Shown piece by piece: positions 1 through 7,419 of a stretch of 21,871 bases of DNA. The number at the start of each line of letters is the position of its first letter. Within the stretch, counting starts at the first letter, position 1. The DNA is from a candidate division WOR-3 bacterium (GTDB lineage Bacteria > Hydrothermota > Tepidihabitantia > SM23-42 > JAOAFX01). The notes under the pieces are model-generated. The model searched no databases, was not told where the DNA came from, and saw nothing but the letters and a program-made list of their open reading frames with translations. A program made the position numbers and the translations under genes. The stretch lies in NCBI GenBank assembly GCA_039802265.1, contig JBDRWI010000041.1, forward strand, positions 1 to 21,871, given 5' to 3'.

Positions 1-464
1 AGGAGGTGGAGATTGTGGGTTTTGGTAAGCAGTTTAAGACGGTGGCGACTTCGTTAGAGATGTTTCGTAAGACATTGGATAGTGCGGAGGCTGGTGATAA
101 TGTGGGTATTTTGTTGCGGGGTGTGGGTAAGGATGAGGTTTATCGTGGGATGGTGGTGAGTAAGCCGGGTACGATTCATCCGCATCATCGGTTTAATGCG
201 GAGGTTTATGTTTTGAAGAAGGAGGAGGGTGGTCGGCATACGCCGTTTTTCAGTGGTTACAGGCCGCAGTTTTATATGCGGACGACGGATGTGACGGGTG
301 TGGTGAAGTTGCCTGAGGGTCGGGAGATGGTGATGCCGGGTGATAATGCGAATTTGGAGGTGGAGTTGATTACGCCGGTGGCGATTGAGCAGGGTTTGCG
401 TTTTGCGATTCGTGAGGGTGGTAAGACGGTTGGTGCGGGTGTGGTCACCAAGATAATAGAATAA
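1..464 (+). CDS. tuf: Elongation factor Tu, C-terminal part (5'-truncated by the window edge)
   Basis: Frame open from base 3. EF-Tu motifs [57 protein letters not shown]. The GTG at 6 is an internal Val, not the start. Confidence 0.98.
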   Translation, partial: EVEIVGFGKQFKTVATSLEMFRKTLDSAEAGDNVGILLRGVGKDEVYRGMVVSKPGTIHPHHRFNAEVYVLKKEEGGRHTPFFSGYRPQFYMRTTDVTGVVKLPEGREMVMPGDNANLEVELITPVAIEQGLRFAIREGGKTVGAGVVTKIIE

Positions 465-487
465 TCGATTTAATGAAGGGAAGATAG

Positions 488-634
488 ATGCGGATTATAA
501 TAACCCTTGCCTGCACCAGTTGTAATAACCGAAACTATACAACGACAAAGGACAAGAAAAAACAGGCACGATTGGAGATTAAGAAATACTGTAAATTCTG
601 TCGGAAGCACACGGTGCATAAGGAAGTAAAATGA
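488..634 (+). CDS. rpmG: 50S ribosomal protein L33, zinc-ribbon (CxxC...CxxC) form, 48 aa; absent from the ORF track
   Basis: Hand translation [48 protein letters not shown]. Purine-rich RBS (gaagggaag). Canonical position between tuf and secE. Confidence 0.96.
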   Translation: MRIIITLACTSCNNRNYTTTKDKKKQARLEIKKYCKFCRKHTVHKEVK

Positions 635-730
635 TTCTGCAGGATTTCAAAAATCTGAAGTACCTTAAAGCCCAATTGATTAGGTTTTTAGGCGTTTAGG
701 TATTTTGAACTTTAGGCATTTATAATGTTC

Positions 731-803
731 AGGCCTGTAGCTCTAACGGTAGAGCATCCGGCTCCAAACCGGAGGGTTGGGGGTTCAAATCCCTCCAGGC
801 CTG
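731..803 (+). tRNA. tRNA-Trp (CCA); 3' CCA end not encoded
   Basis: Acceptor stem AGGCCTG/CAGGCCT. D arm GCTC...GAGC. Anticodon stem TCCGG/CCGGA with loop CTCCAAA (CCA at 764-766). T arm GGGGG-TTCAAAT-CCCTC. Discriminator G803 is followed by TCT. Confidence 0.96.
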
Positions 804-815
804 TCTGAGGTCTCA

Positions 816-1001
816 GTGTTTAAAAAAATAGTTGATTACCTAAAGGATATATATAGAGAAATGCGCAAGGTAACCTGGCCAACGCGGAATGAATTGGCAA
901 GCTCTACCCTGGTAGTAATTGTGATTTCAGCGGTTGTTGCCCTCATCATCTTCGTCTTTGACCGAATTTTCGCCCTGTTATTGGGCATCATTGTCCGATA
1001 A
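816..1001 (+). CDS. secE: Preprotein translocase subunit SecE (single-TM type, 61 aa)
   Basis: EMRKVTWPTR motif followed by one hydrophobic helix. Start moved to GTG 816 (GAGG RBS at 807-810) because the track start at 777 lies inside the tRNA. Confidence 0.93.
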   Translation: MFKKIVDYLKDIYREMRKVTWPTRNELASSTLVVIVISAVVALIIFVFDRIFALLLGIIVR

Positions 1002-1003
1002 AT

Positions 1004-1528
1004 ATGGACTGGTTCGTCGTTCATACCTACACTGGACAAGAACAAAAGGTAAAGAAGATTCTGCAGAGATTTATTGCAGAAAAGAAACTCGAGGCGTATT
1101 TTGGACGAATTATAATTCCGGTGGAAAATCTCGTAAAGGTAAGAAAGGGGAAAAGGGTAATTGAGGAGAAGCGCCTCTATCCGGGTTATATCGTTATTGA
1201 GATGGTTCCCAATGATGAGACACTGCGGCTGGTCAATTCAGTCCCCGGAGTTACGCATTTCCTCGGTTCAAAGCATAAGCCGACTCCTCTGCGTCCCGAG
1301 GAGGTGGAAGCCCTGCTTACCCAGGTTGAGGAGTCTAAACAGAGAGTTGTTACCAAGATTCCTTTTACCAAAGGTGAGCGCGTAACAGTGATTGACGGAC
1401 CATTTACCGATTTTATCGGAACTGTGGAAGAGGTCTATCCCGAAAGGGAGAAGGTAAAGGTAATGGTGATAATCTTTGGCCGGCCTACGCCAATTGAACT
1501 CGGTTTCCATCAACTGAAGAGTTTTTAA
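1004..1528 (+). CDS. nusG: Transcription termination/antitermination factor NusG
   Basis: WFVVHTYTGQE, YPGYIVIEM, KOW-domain VIDGPFTDFIG and IFGRPTPIEL. Lies between secE and rplK. Confidence 0.97.
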   Translation: MDWFVVHTYTGQEQKVKKILQRFIAEKKLEAYFGRIIIPVENLVKVRKGKRVIEEKRLYPGYIVIEMVPNDETLRLVNSVPGVTHFLGSKHKPTPLRPEEVEALLTQVEESKQRVVTKIPFTKGERVTVIDGPFTDFIGTVEEVYPEREKVKVMVIIFGRPTPIELGFHQLKSF

Positions 1529-1544
1529 TTGAAGGAGTAAGAAA

Positions 1545-1970
1545 ATGGCAAAAAAGGTTGTCGCAATAGTTAAATTACAATTGCCGGCGGGTGGTGCCTC
1601 GCCAGCGCCTCCAGTTGGACCGGCCCTCGGACAGCACGGGGTCAATATAATGGAATTCTGTAGGGCCTTTAATGCCGAAACCAAAAATATGGCTGGGCTT
1701 ATTGTCCCGGCAGTTGTTACAATCTACAATGACCGTTCTTTTACCTATGTTCTGAAGAGTCCGCCTGCAGCAGTCCTCTTAAAGCAGGCAGCCGGAATTG
1801 CAAAGGGATCGGGTGCACCGAATCGGGATAAAGTCGGTAAGGTAACAAAAAAACAGATTGAAGAAATCGCCCAGCGTAAACTAAAAGATTTGAATTGTGA
1901 TTCACTGGAAAAGGCAGTAAAGATTATTGAAGGTACCGCAAGAAGTATGGGTATTGTCGTAGAGCAATAA
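1545..1970 (+). CDS. rplK: 50S ribosomal protein L11
   Basis: [20 protein letters not shown] and GTARSMG motifs; AAGGAG RBS. Confidence 0.98.
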   Translation: MAKKVVAIVKLQLPAGGASPAPPVGPALGQHGVNIMEFCRAFNAETKNMAGLIVPAVVTIYNDRSFTYVLKSPPAAVLLKQAAGIAKGSGAPNRDKVGKVTKKQIEEIAQRKLKDLNCDSLEKAVKIIEGTARSMGIVVEQ

Positions 1971-1983
1971 ATGGAGAAGGGTT

Positions 1984-2682
1984 ATGAAACGCTCCAAACG
2001 CTATAAAGCTCTGAAGTCACAGTTTGATTCACAAAAGAAGTATCCCCTGGACGAGGCAATTGAATTGGTGAAGAAACTTGCCAATGCGAAATTTGATGAA
2101 TCAATAGACCTGGCGATAAAGCTGAACATAGATGTAAAGAAACAGGACCAGCAGGTACGGGGTGCCTCCAGTCTACCCCATGGAACCGGAAAGACAAAGA
2201 GAATTTTGGTTTTGACCAAGGGAGAAAAAGAAAGGGAGGCAAAAGAGGCCGGTGCTGATTATGTTGGATTAGAGGAGTACGTTGAGAAGATAAAAGGAGG
2301 CTGGCTGGACTTTGATTGTGTGATTGCAACTCCAGACGCAATGCCGGAGGTAGGTAAACTGGGTAAAATCCTCGGTCCCAAAGGTCTGATGCCCTCACCT
2401 AAAACCGGAACCGTTACTTTTGAAGTGAGTACTCAGGTGAAGGCATTCAAGAAGGGCAAGGTGGAGTTCAAATCGGATAAAGGCGGTTGTATTCATGTTC
2501 CGGTGGGCAGGGTTTCATTTGAAACCGCAAAACTGAAAGAAAACATTCATACTTTTATTGAAGATTTAATGGCTTTAAAACCACCAAATGTTAAAGGTCA
2601 GTTCATAAAATCAATAACACTATCTTCAACGATTGGTCCAGGAATAAAAGTTGATGAAAAACAGCTAACGAGGGGGTCCTGA
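1984..2682 (+). CDS. rplA: 50S ribosomal protein L1
   Basis: [30 protein letters not shown] motifs. Confidence 0.98.
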   Translation: MKRSKRYKALKSQFDSQKKYPLDEAIELVKKLANAKFDESIDLAIKLNIDVKKQDQQVRGASSLPHGTGKTKRILVLTKGEKEREAKEAGADYVGLEEYVEKIKGGWLDFDCVIATPDAMPEVGKLGKILGPKGLMPSPKTGTVTFEVSTQVKAFKKGKVEFKSDKGGCIHVPVGRVSFETAKLKENIHTFIEDLMALKPPNVKGQFIKSITLSSTIGPGIKVDEKQLTRGS

Positions 2683-3197
2683 TGCCATCGCCGAGGAATA
2701 TTAATTATCTCCAGAAGACTCTCCAACTCTTCAAGGAAGGAAAGGCGTTTTACTTTACCGATTTTAGTGGAAGTACGGTGCAGAAATTAGAGTCCCTGCG
2801 CCGGGAATTAAAGCAGAATAAGGGAAATTATCTTGTGGTCAAAAATACCCTGGGATTGATTGCATTGAGAGAGATGGGATTTGATGAGAACCTCTTAAGG
2901 AGTGTCCTATCCGGACCAACGGGAATTGCAATCGCCTATGATGACCCGATTGTTCTGGTAAAGGCATTAAAGGCTAATGAAGGGATAAGGATTAAAGGGG
3001 GAATAATTGAAGGAGTATTTTATGATGCCCAGGGTGTTTCAAGGTTTTCTGAAATACCATCAAAGGCCGTATTATATCGTCAGGTTATAGGTTCACTCAA
3101 TATCTTGGGAAATCTGACGAATTCCTTAAAGTCAATTTTGGCCAACTTAATTTATACACTAAACGCATTGAAAGATAAACAGGATAAAAGAGACTGA
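2682..3197 (+). CDS. rplJ: 50S ribosomal protein L10
   Basis: LRRELK, VVKNTL, SGPTGIA motifs and a C-terminal amphipathic L12-binding helix. TGATG overlap with rplA. Confidence 0.93.
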   Translation: MPSPRNINYLQKTLQLFKEGKAFYFTDFSGSTVQKLESLRRELKQNKGNYLVVKNTLGLIALREMGFDENLLRSVLSGPTGIAIAYDDPIVLVKALKANEGIRIKGGIIEGVFYDAQGVSRFSEIPSKAVLYRQVIGSLNILGNLTNSLKSILANLIYTLNALKDKQDKRD

Positions 3198-3263
3198 AGG
3201 TCGTATACTTATGGACTTCATCAATTACCCACAATGGGTGATGAATTTGAAATAGGAGGCAAA

Positions 3264-3662
3264 ATGACAACAAAAACAAAAAAGAACATTGACGAACTGG
3301 TTGATGAGATAAGTAACCTAACCGTTCTTGAACTTTCTGAACTGGTGAAGGCACTTCAGGATAAATTTGGTGTCTCGGCAGCGGCTCCAGTTCAGGTAGT
3401 TGCCCAACCAGAGGGCGGTCCCACTGCGGCGAAACCAGCGGTGGAAGAAAAGAGCGAATTTACAGTAACAATAACCGCCTGCGGTGACAAAAAGATTCAG
3501 GTATTAAAGGTCTTAAGAGAACTAACCGGCCTTGGGTTGAAGGAGGCAAAGGATATTGTCGATAATCTTCCCAAGGTGGTAAAAGAGGGTGCTACGAAGG
3601 AAGAAGCCCAGAACTTCAAGACAAAACTTGAAGAGGTGGGAGCGACGGTTGAGATAAAATAA
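3264..3662 (+). CDS. rplL: 50S ribosomal protein L7/L12
   Basis: [37 protein letters not shown] motifs. Start moved to ATG 3264, which follows an AGGAGG RBS. Confidence 0.97.
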   Translation: MTTKTKKNIDELVDEISNLTVLELSELVKALQDKFGVSAAAPVQVVAQPEGGPTAAKPAVEEKSEFTVTITACGDKKIQVLKVLRELTGLGLKEAKDIVDNLPKVVKEGATKEEAQNFKTKLEEVGATVEIK

Positions 3663-3670
3663 ATATGGTC

Positions 3671-3717
3671 ATTGGGTTAGGGTGGAAAATCTGAGATTTT
3701 TCGCATACTAACCCAAT
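3671..3717 (+). promoter_or_regulatory. Long intergenic hairpin between rplL and rpoB (possible processing/attenuation site)
   Basis: Perfect 10-bp inverted repeat ATTGGGTTAG/CTAACCCAAT enclosing a second stem GTGGAAAATC/GATTTTTCGC with G-U pairs. No U-tract follows. Confidence 0.55.
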
Positions 3718-3744
3718 AACTGCAAACTATAAGGCAGGAGGTTT

Positions 3745-6700
3745 ATGAGAAATATCGTTGATTTTTCAAAAAGAAAGAGCAACTTTGAATCGCCCCATCT
3801 ACTTGAGGTGCAGTTTGAATCCTATAACCATTTTATGGAAAAGTCAATAAAAAAAATCTTTAGCCAGGAATTTCCCATATCTGAACTGCACAATCGGTAT
3901 CAACTCTTATACAACACACATCGATTAGGTCAGGCGAAATACTCGGTGCAAGAGGCTATTGAAAAAGGTGTTAGTTATGCAGCACCATTGAAGGTTAATT
4001 TCCGCTTAGTAAAGAAAGAGGATAATGGGGAACTCCGCGATGTTGCAGAACAGGAGATATACCTGTGTGACATTCCACTTATGACCCATCGCGGGACATT
4101 TGTAATCAATGGGGTAGAAAGGGTTGTAGTAAATCAAATCCACCGTGCACCTGGAGTCTATTTCAGTGAAGAAGAGGGTAACTATTCTACAATGGTGATA
4201 CCACTCCATGGTCAATGGATTGAGTTTGTTGTGGATAATATGAAGATCTTTTATGCAATCCTTGATCGGAGAAAGCGAATTTTAGGCACACTTTTCTTGC
4301 GGAGTATCGGGATTGAAAAGGATGAGGATATTATCAAGACATTCTATCCGGTGAAGATTGTAGAATTAAAGGATGCAAAGAACAGTTTTCTCGCCGAGAC
4401 GATAGATATTGGTGAGAATATCAAACTCCGACCCGGTGATTTAATTGATGAGGCAAATTATGAGATATTATCACACAAAAATATAAAAAGGGTGAGTGTT
4501 ATAAATTCCCATGAAGTTGGTGTAACAATTCTCACCAATACCTTAAAAAAGGATATCAAGAGTTATACCAAAGAGGAGGCAGCAAGAAAGATATACTACA
4601 CTTTACGGTCTATGCCACCCCCCACAGAAGAGATTGCCCTTACCTATATTCACAACCTAATATTTGACCGCGCACACTTTGATCTGGGTGAGGTGGGTAG
4701 ATTTAAACTGAATACCCGATTGGGTCTAAACCGGGACCTATCTGATACTTCTTTTTCGCGCGAGGACCTGGTAAAGGTCATTCAGCATCTTTTTAAATTT
4801 GCCGGCGGCGACATTGCTGCCGATGACATTGACCATCTTGGTAATCGCCGTGTGCGCAGGGTTGGTGAGCTCCTTGAAGGACAATTCAGACTTGCAATCA
4901 CCCAGCTCATTCAAAATATCAAGGAACGTGCATCGCTTATGGAGGAAGATGCCTTATCTCCGCAGGATTTAATAAATCCAAATCTTGTTTCAAATATCAT
5001 CAACAAATTCTTCACCACGAGTCAGCTGTCGCAATTTATGGAACAGACAAACCCTATTTCCGAGATGACCCACAAAAGACGCATCTCTTCATTGGGTCTG
5101 GGTGGATTAACACGGCAGACTGCCGGCTTTGAGGTCCGTGATGTCCATTACTCACACTATGGCAGAATCTGTCCCATTGAAACACCCGAGGGTCCTAACA
5201 TCGGGTTGATCTCCAGTCTTTCAAGTTTTGCCCGGGTTGACAAATTTGGTTTTATTGTAACCCCGTACTGGCAGGTAAAGAATGGCGTAGTAAAGGATAC
5301 TTATGTCTATCTAAGGGCTGATGAAGAGGATCAGTATACAATCGCCCAGGCAAATACACCGATTGACAAATCAGGAAGAATTCTTACTGACCAGGTGCTT
5401 TGCCGCCGAAAAGGCGAATTTCCGCTGGTTTCAGCCCAGGAGGTTAATTTTATGGATGTCTCACCCGAACAGGTCTTCAGCCCGACCGCCGCGCTCATTC
5501 CGTTTTTAGAACACGATGATGCGGACCGGGCGCTTATGGGTTCAAACATGCAGCGCCAGGCAGTACCCCTTATTGAACCCGATATTCCCCTGGTCGGAAC
5601 TGGACTTGAGGCAAAAATAGCCCGTGATTCGGGTAATATTCTAATTGCGGATGAAGATGGGGTGGTTGATTATGTTGATGCTACAAAGATAATCATTGAA
5701 AACAATAAAGGTGTAAAGAAAAAATACCTGCTTGCAAAGTTCTTGCGTTCCAATCAGAATACCTGTATTAACCAGACACCCCTTGTAAAGATTGGGCAGA
5801 AGGTAAAAAAGGGCGATGTCCTGGCGGATGGCTATGCAACCAAAGAGGGTGTCCTGGCACTGGGTAAAAATGTCCTGGTGGCATTTATGCCCTATTTAGG
5901 CTATAACTTTGAAGATGCGATTGTGGTGAGTGAGCGGCTCTTGAAAGAAGATACCTTCACCTCAATCCACATCCTTGAATTTGATTGTGAAATAAGGGAG
6001 ACAAAACTGGGTCCGGAGGAGGTAACCAGGGATATACCCGGGGTCCCCGAGGTTTTCTGTAAGGACCTTGACCAATTCGGAATTGTGCGGATTGGAGCCG
6101 AGGTCGGTCCGGATGATATTCTTGTTGGTAAGATTACCCCAAAGGGCGAAACCGAACTCACACCCGAGGAGCGGCTTATGCGGGCGATATTCGTGGAGAA
6201 AGCAACCAGTGTGCGGGATACCTCACTAAGGGTAGAACCGGGTGTAGAGGGAGTTGTCATTGATGTGCGCGTTTTAACGCGAAAGACCGACGACCCCCTG
6301 GCAAAGTATGTAATGGCTGAAAGGGAGAAGAAAACAAAAGAAGAATTTGACCTATTAAGAAAAGAGACAATAACAACACGAAACACGCTTTTAAAATCCC
6401 TGCTTTCCGGGAATATTGCTGCTTCCACGATTCGCGATGAAAAGGGACATATCTTGCTTAAAAAAGGGCAGTCCTTTAGTGAGGAGTTCTTCAATAATCT
6501 CACCAGCCTTAAAATTACTTCCGATGAGACATTTGTGGATAATCCAAAGATTGATGAAAAGGTGAGACGCTGTATCTTGGAGGCTGAAGAGTCACTCCTG
6601 CGCATCGCGGCTGAACAGAAGATAGAAGAGGATAAATTACTAAGAGGAGATGAGTTACCCTATGGGGTATTAAAGATTGTAAAGGTCTTCATTGCCCAGA

Positions 6701-7419
6701 AGAGAAAGATTTCCGTTGGTGATAAGATGGCTGGCAGACATGGGAATAAGGGCGTAGTCGCAAAGATTGTCCCGGAAGAAGATATGCCCTATCTTGCTGA
6801 TGGAACCCCGGTTGATATAGTTCTCAATCCACTGGGAGTTCCCTCAAGGATGAATGTGGGGCAGATTCTGGAAACCCATCTTGGCTGGGCAGCAAAACAG
6901 CTCAATTTTTATGCAATCTCTCCGGTATTCAATGGGGCAACAATAGAAGAGATAAAGGAAAAATTAAGAGAGGCAAACCTACCCGAAGACGGTCAGGTAA
7001 CCCTTTACGACGGACGGACTGGATTGCCTTTTGATTCCAAGGTCACAGTAGGATATATGTATATGCTTAAGTTGATTCATATGGTTGATGAGAAAATGCA
7101 TGCCCGTTCCAGCGGTCCTTATTCCCTAATCACCCAGCAGCCATTGGGTGGTAAGGCACAATTTGGCGGTCAACGGCTGGGTGAAATGGAGGTCTGGGCC
7201 CTTGAGGCATATGGCGCTGCCTATACCCTGCAGGAGATGCTGACTGTGAAGTCTGATGACATTGAAGGAAGGGCTGCAATGTATGAGGCACTGATCAGAG
7301 GAAAGAACCCACCGCGTCCCCGGGCACCGGCATCATTCAATGTCTTATTAAAAGAACTCCAGGGATTATGTTTTAATGTAACATTTGAAAAGAAAAAGGA
7401 GGGAAAAGATGAAGCGTAG
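3745..7419 (+). CDS. rpoB: DNA-directed RNA polymerase beta subunit
   Basis: INGVERV, RICPIETPEGPNIGLI, RALMGSNMQRQAVP, GDKMAGRHGNKG, GGQRLGEMEVWALEAYG motifs; AGGAGG RBS. Confidence 0.99.
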   Translation: MRNIVDFSKRKSNFESPHLLEVQFESYNHFMEKSIKKIFSQEFPISELHNRYQLLYNTHRLGQAKYSVQEAIEKGVSYAAPLKVNFRLVKKEDNGELRDVAEQEIYLCDIPLMTHRGTFVINGVERVVVNQIHRAPGVYFSEEEGNYSTMVIPLHGQWIEFVVDNMKIFYAILDRRKRILGTLFLRSIGIEKDEDIIKTFYPVKIVELKDAKNSFLAETIDIGENIKLRPGDLIDEANYEILSHKNIKRVSVINSHEVGVTILTNTLKKDIKSYTKEEAARKIYYTLRSMPPPTEEIALTYIHNLIFDRAHFDLGEVGRFKLNTRLGLNRDLSDTSFSREDLVKVIQHLFKFAGGDIAADDIDHLGNRRVRRVGELLEGQFRLAITQLIQNIKERASLMEEDALSPQDLINPNLVSNIINKFFTTSQLSQFMEQTNPISEMTHKRRISSLGLGGLTRQTAGFEVRDVHYSHYGRICPIETPEGPNIGLISSLSSFARVDKFGFIVTPYWQVKNGVVKDTYVYLRADEEDQYTIAQANTPIDKSGRILTDQVLCRRKGEFPLVSAQEVNFMDVSPEQVFSPTAALIPFLEHDDADRALMGSNMQRQAVPLIEPDIPLVGTGLEAKIARDSGNILIADEDGVVDYVDATKIIIENNKGVKKKYLLAKFLRSNQNTCINQTPLVKIGQKVKKGDVLADGYATKEGVLALGKNVLVAFMPYLGYNFEDAIVVSERLLKEDTFTSIHILEFDCEIRETKLGPEEVTRDIPGVPEVFCKDLDQFGIVRIGAEVGPDDILVGKITPKGETELTPEERLMRAIFVEKATSVRDTSLRVEPGVEGVVIDVRVLTRKTDDPLAKYVMAEREKKTKEEFDLLRKETITTRNTLLKSLLSGNIAASTIRDEKGHILLKKGQSFSEEFFNNLTSLKITSDETFVDNPKIDEKVRRCILEAEESLLRIAAEQKIEEDKLLRGDELPYGVLKIVKVFIAQKRKISVGDKMAGRHGNKGVVAKIVPEEDMPYLADGTPVDIVLNPLGVPSRMNVGQILETHLGWAAKQLNFYAISPVFNGATIEEIKEKLREANLPEDGQVTLYDGRTGLPFDSKVTVGYMYMLKLIHMVDEKMHARSSGPYSLITQQPLGGKAQFGGQRLGEMEVWALEAYGAAYTLQEMLTVKSDDIEGRAAMYEALIRGKNPPRPRAPASFNVLLKELQGLCFNVTFEKKKEGKDEA

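Noticed and set aside
705..726. TTGAAC...TATAAT as a promoter for tRNA-Trp
   Set aside because: The spacer is only 10 nt, and the start site would fall inside the mature tRNA, which begins at 731.
764..806. Alternative genetic code or defective tRNA
   Set aside because: The anticodon is standard CCA, TGA acts as stop in rpmG, rplA and rplJ, and a non-encoded CCA end is common.
5901..6605. 234-aa antisense ORF and the other shadow ORFs within rpoB, rpoC, pfkA, hypE etc.
   Set aside because: They fully overlap well-supported conserved genes and have no recognisable motifs; they are typical antisense-frame artefacts.
7385..7419. RpoB-RpoC fusion or longer TTG start for rpoC
   Set aside because: rpoB has its own TAG at 7417-7419 in a different frame, and rpoC has a strong SD before ATG 7409.
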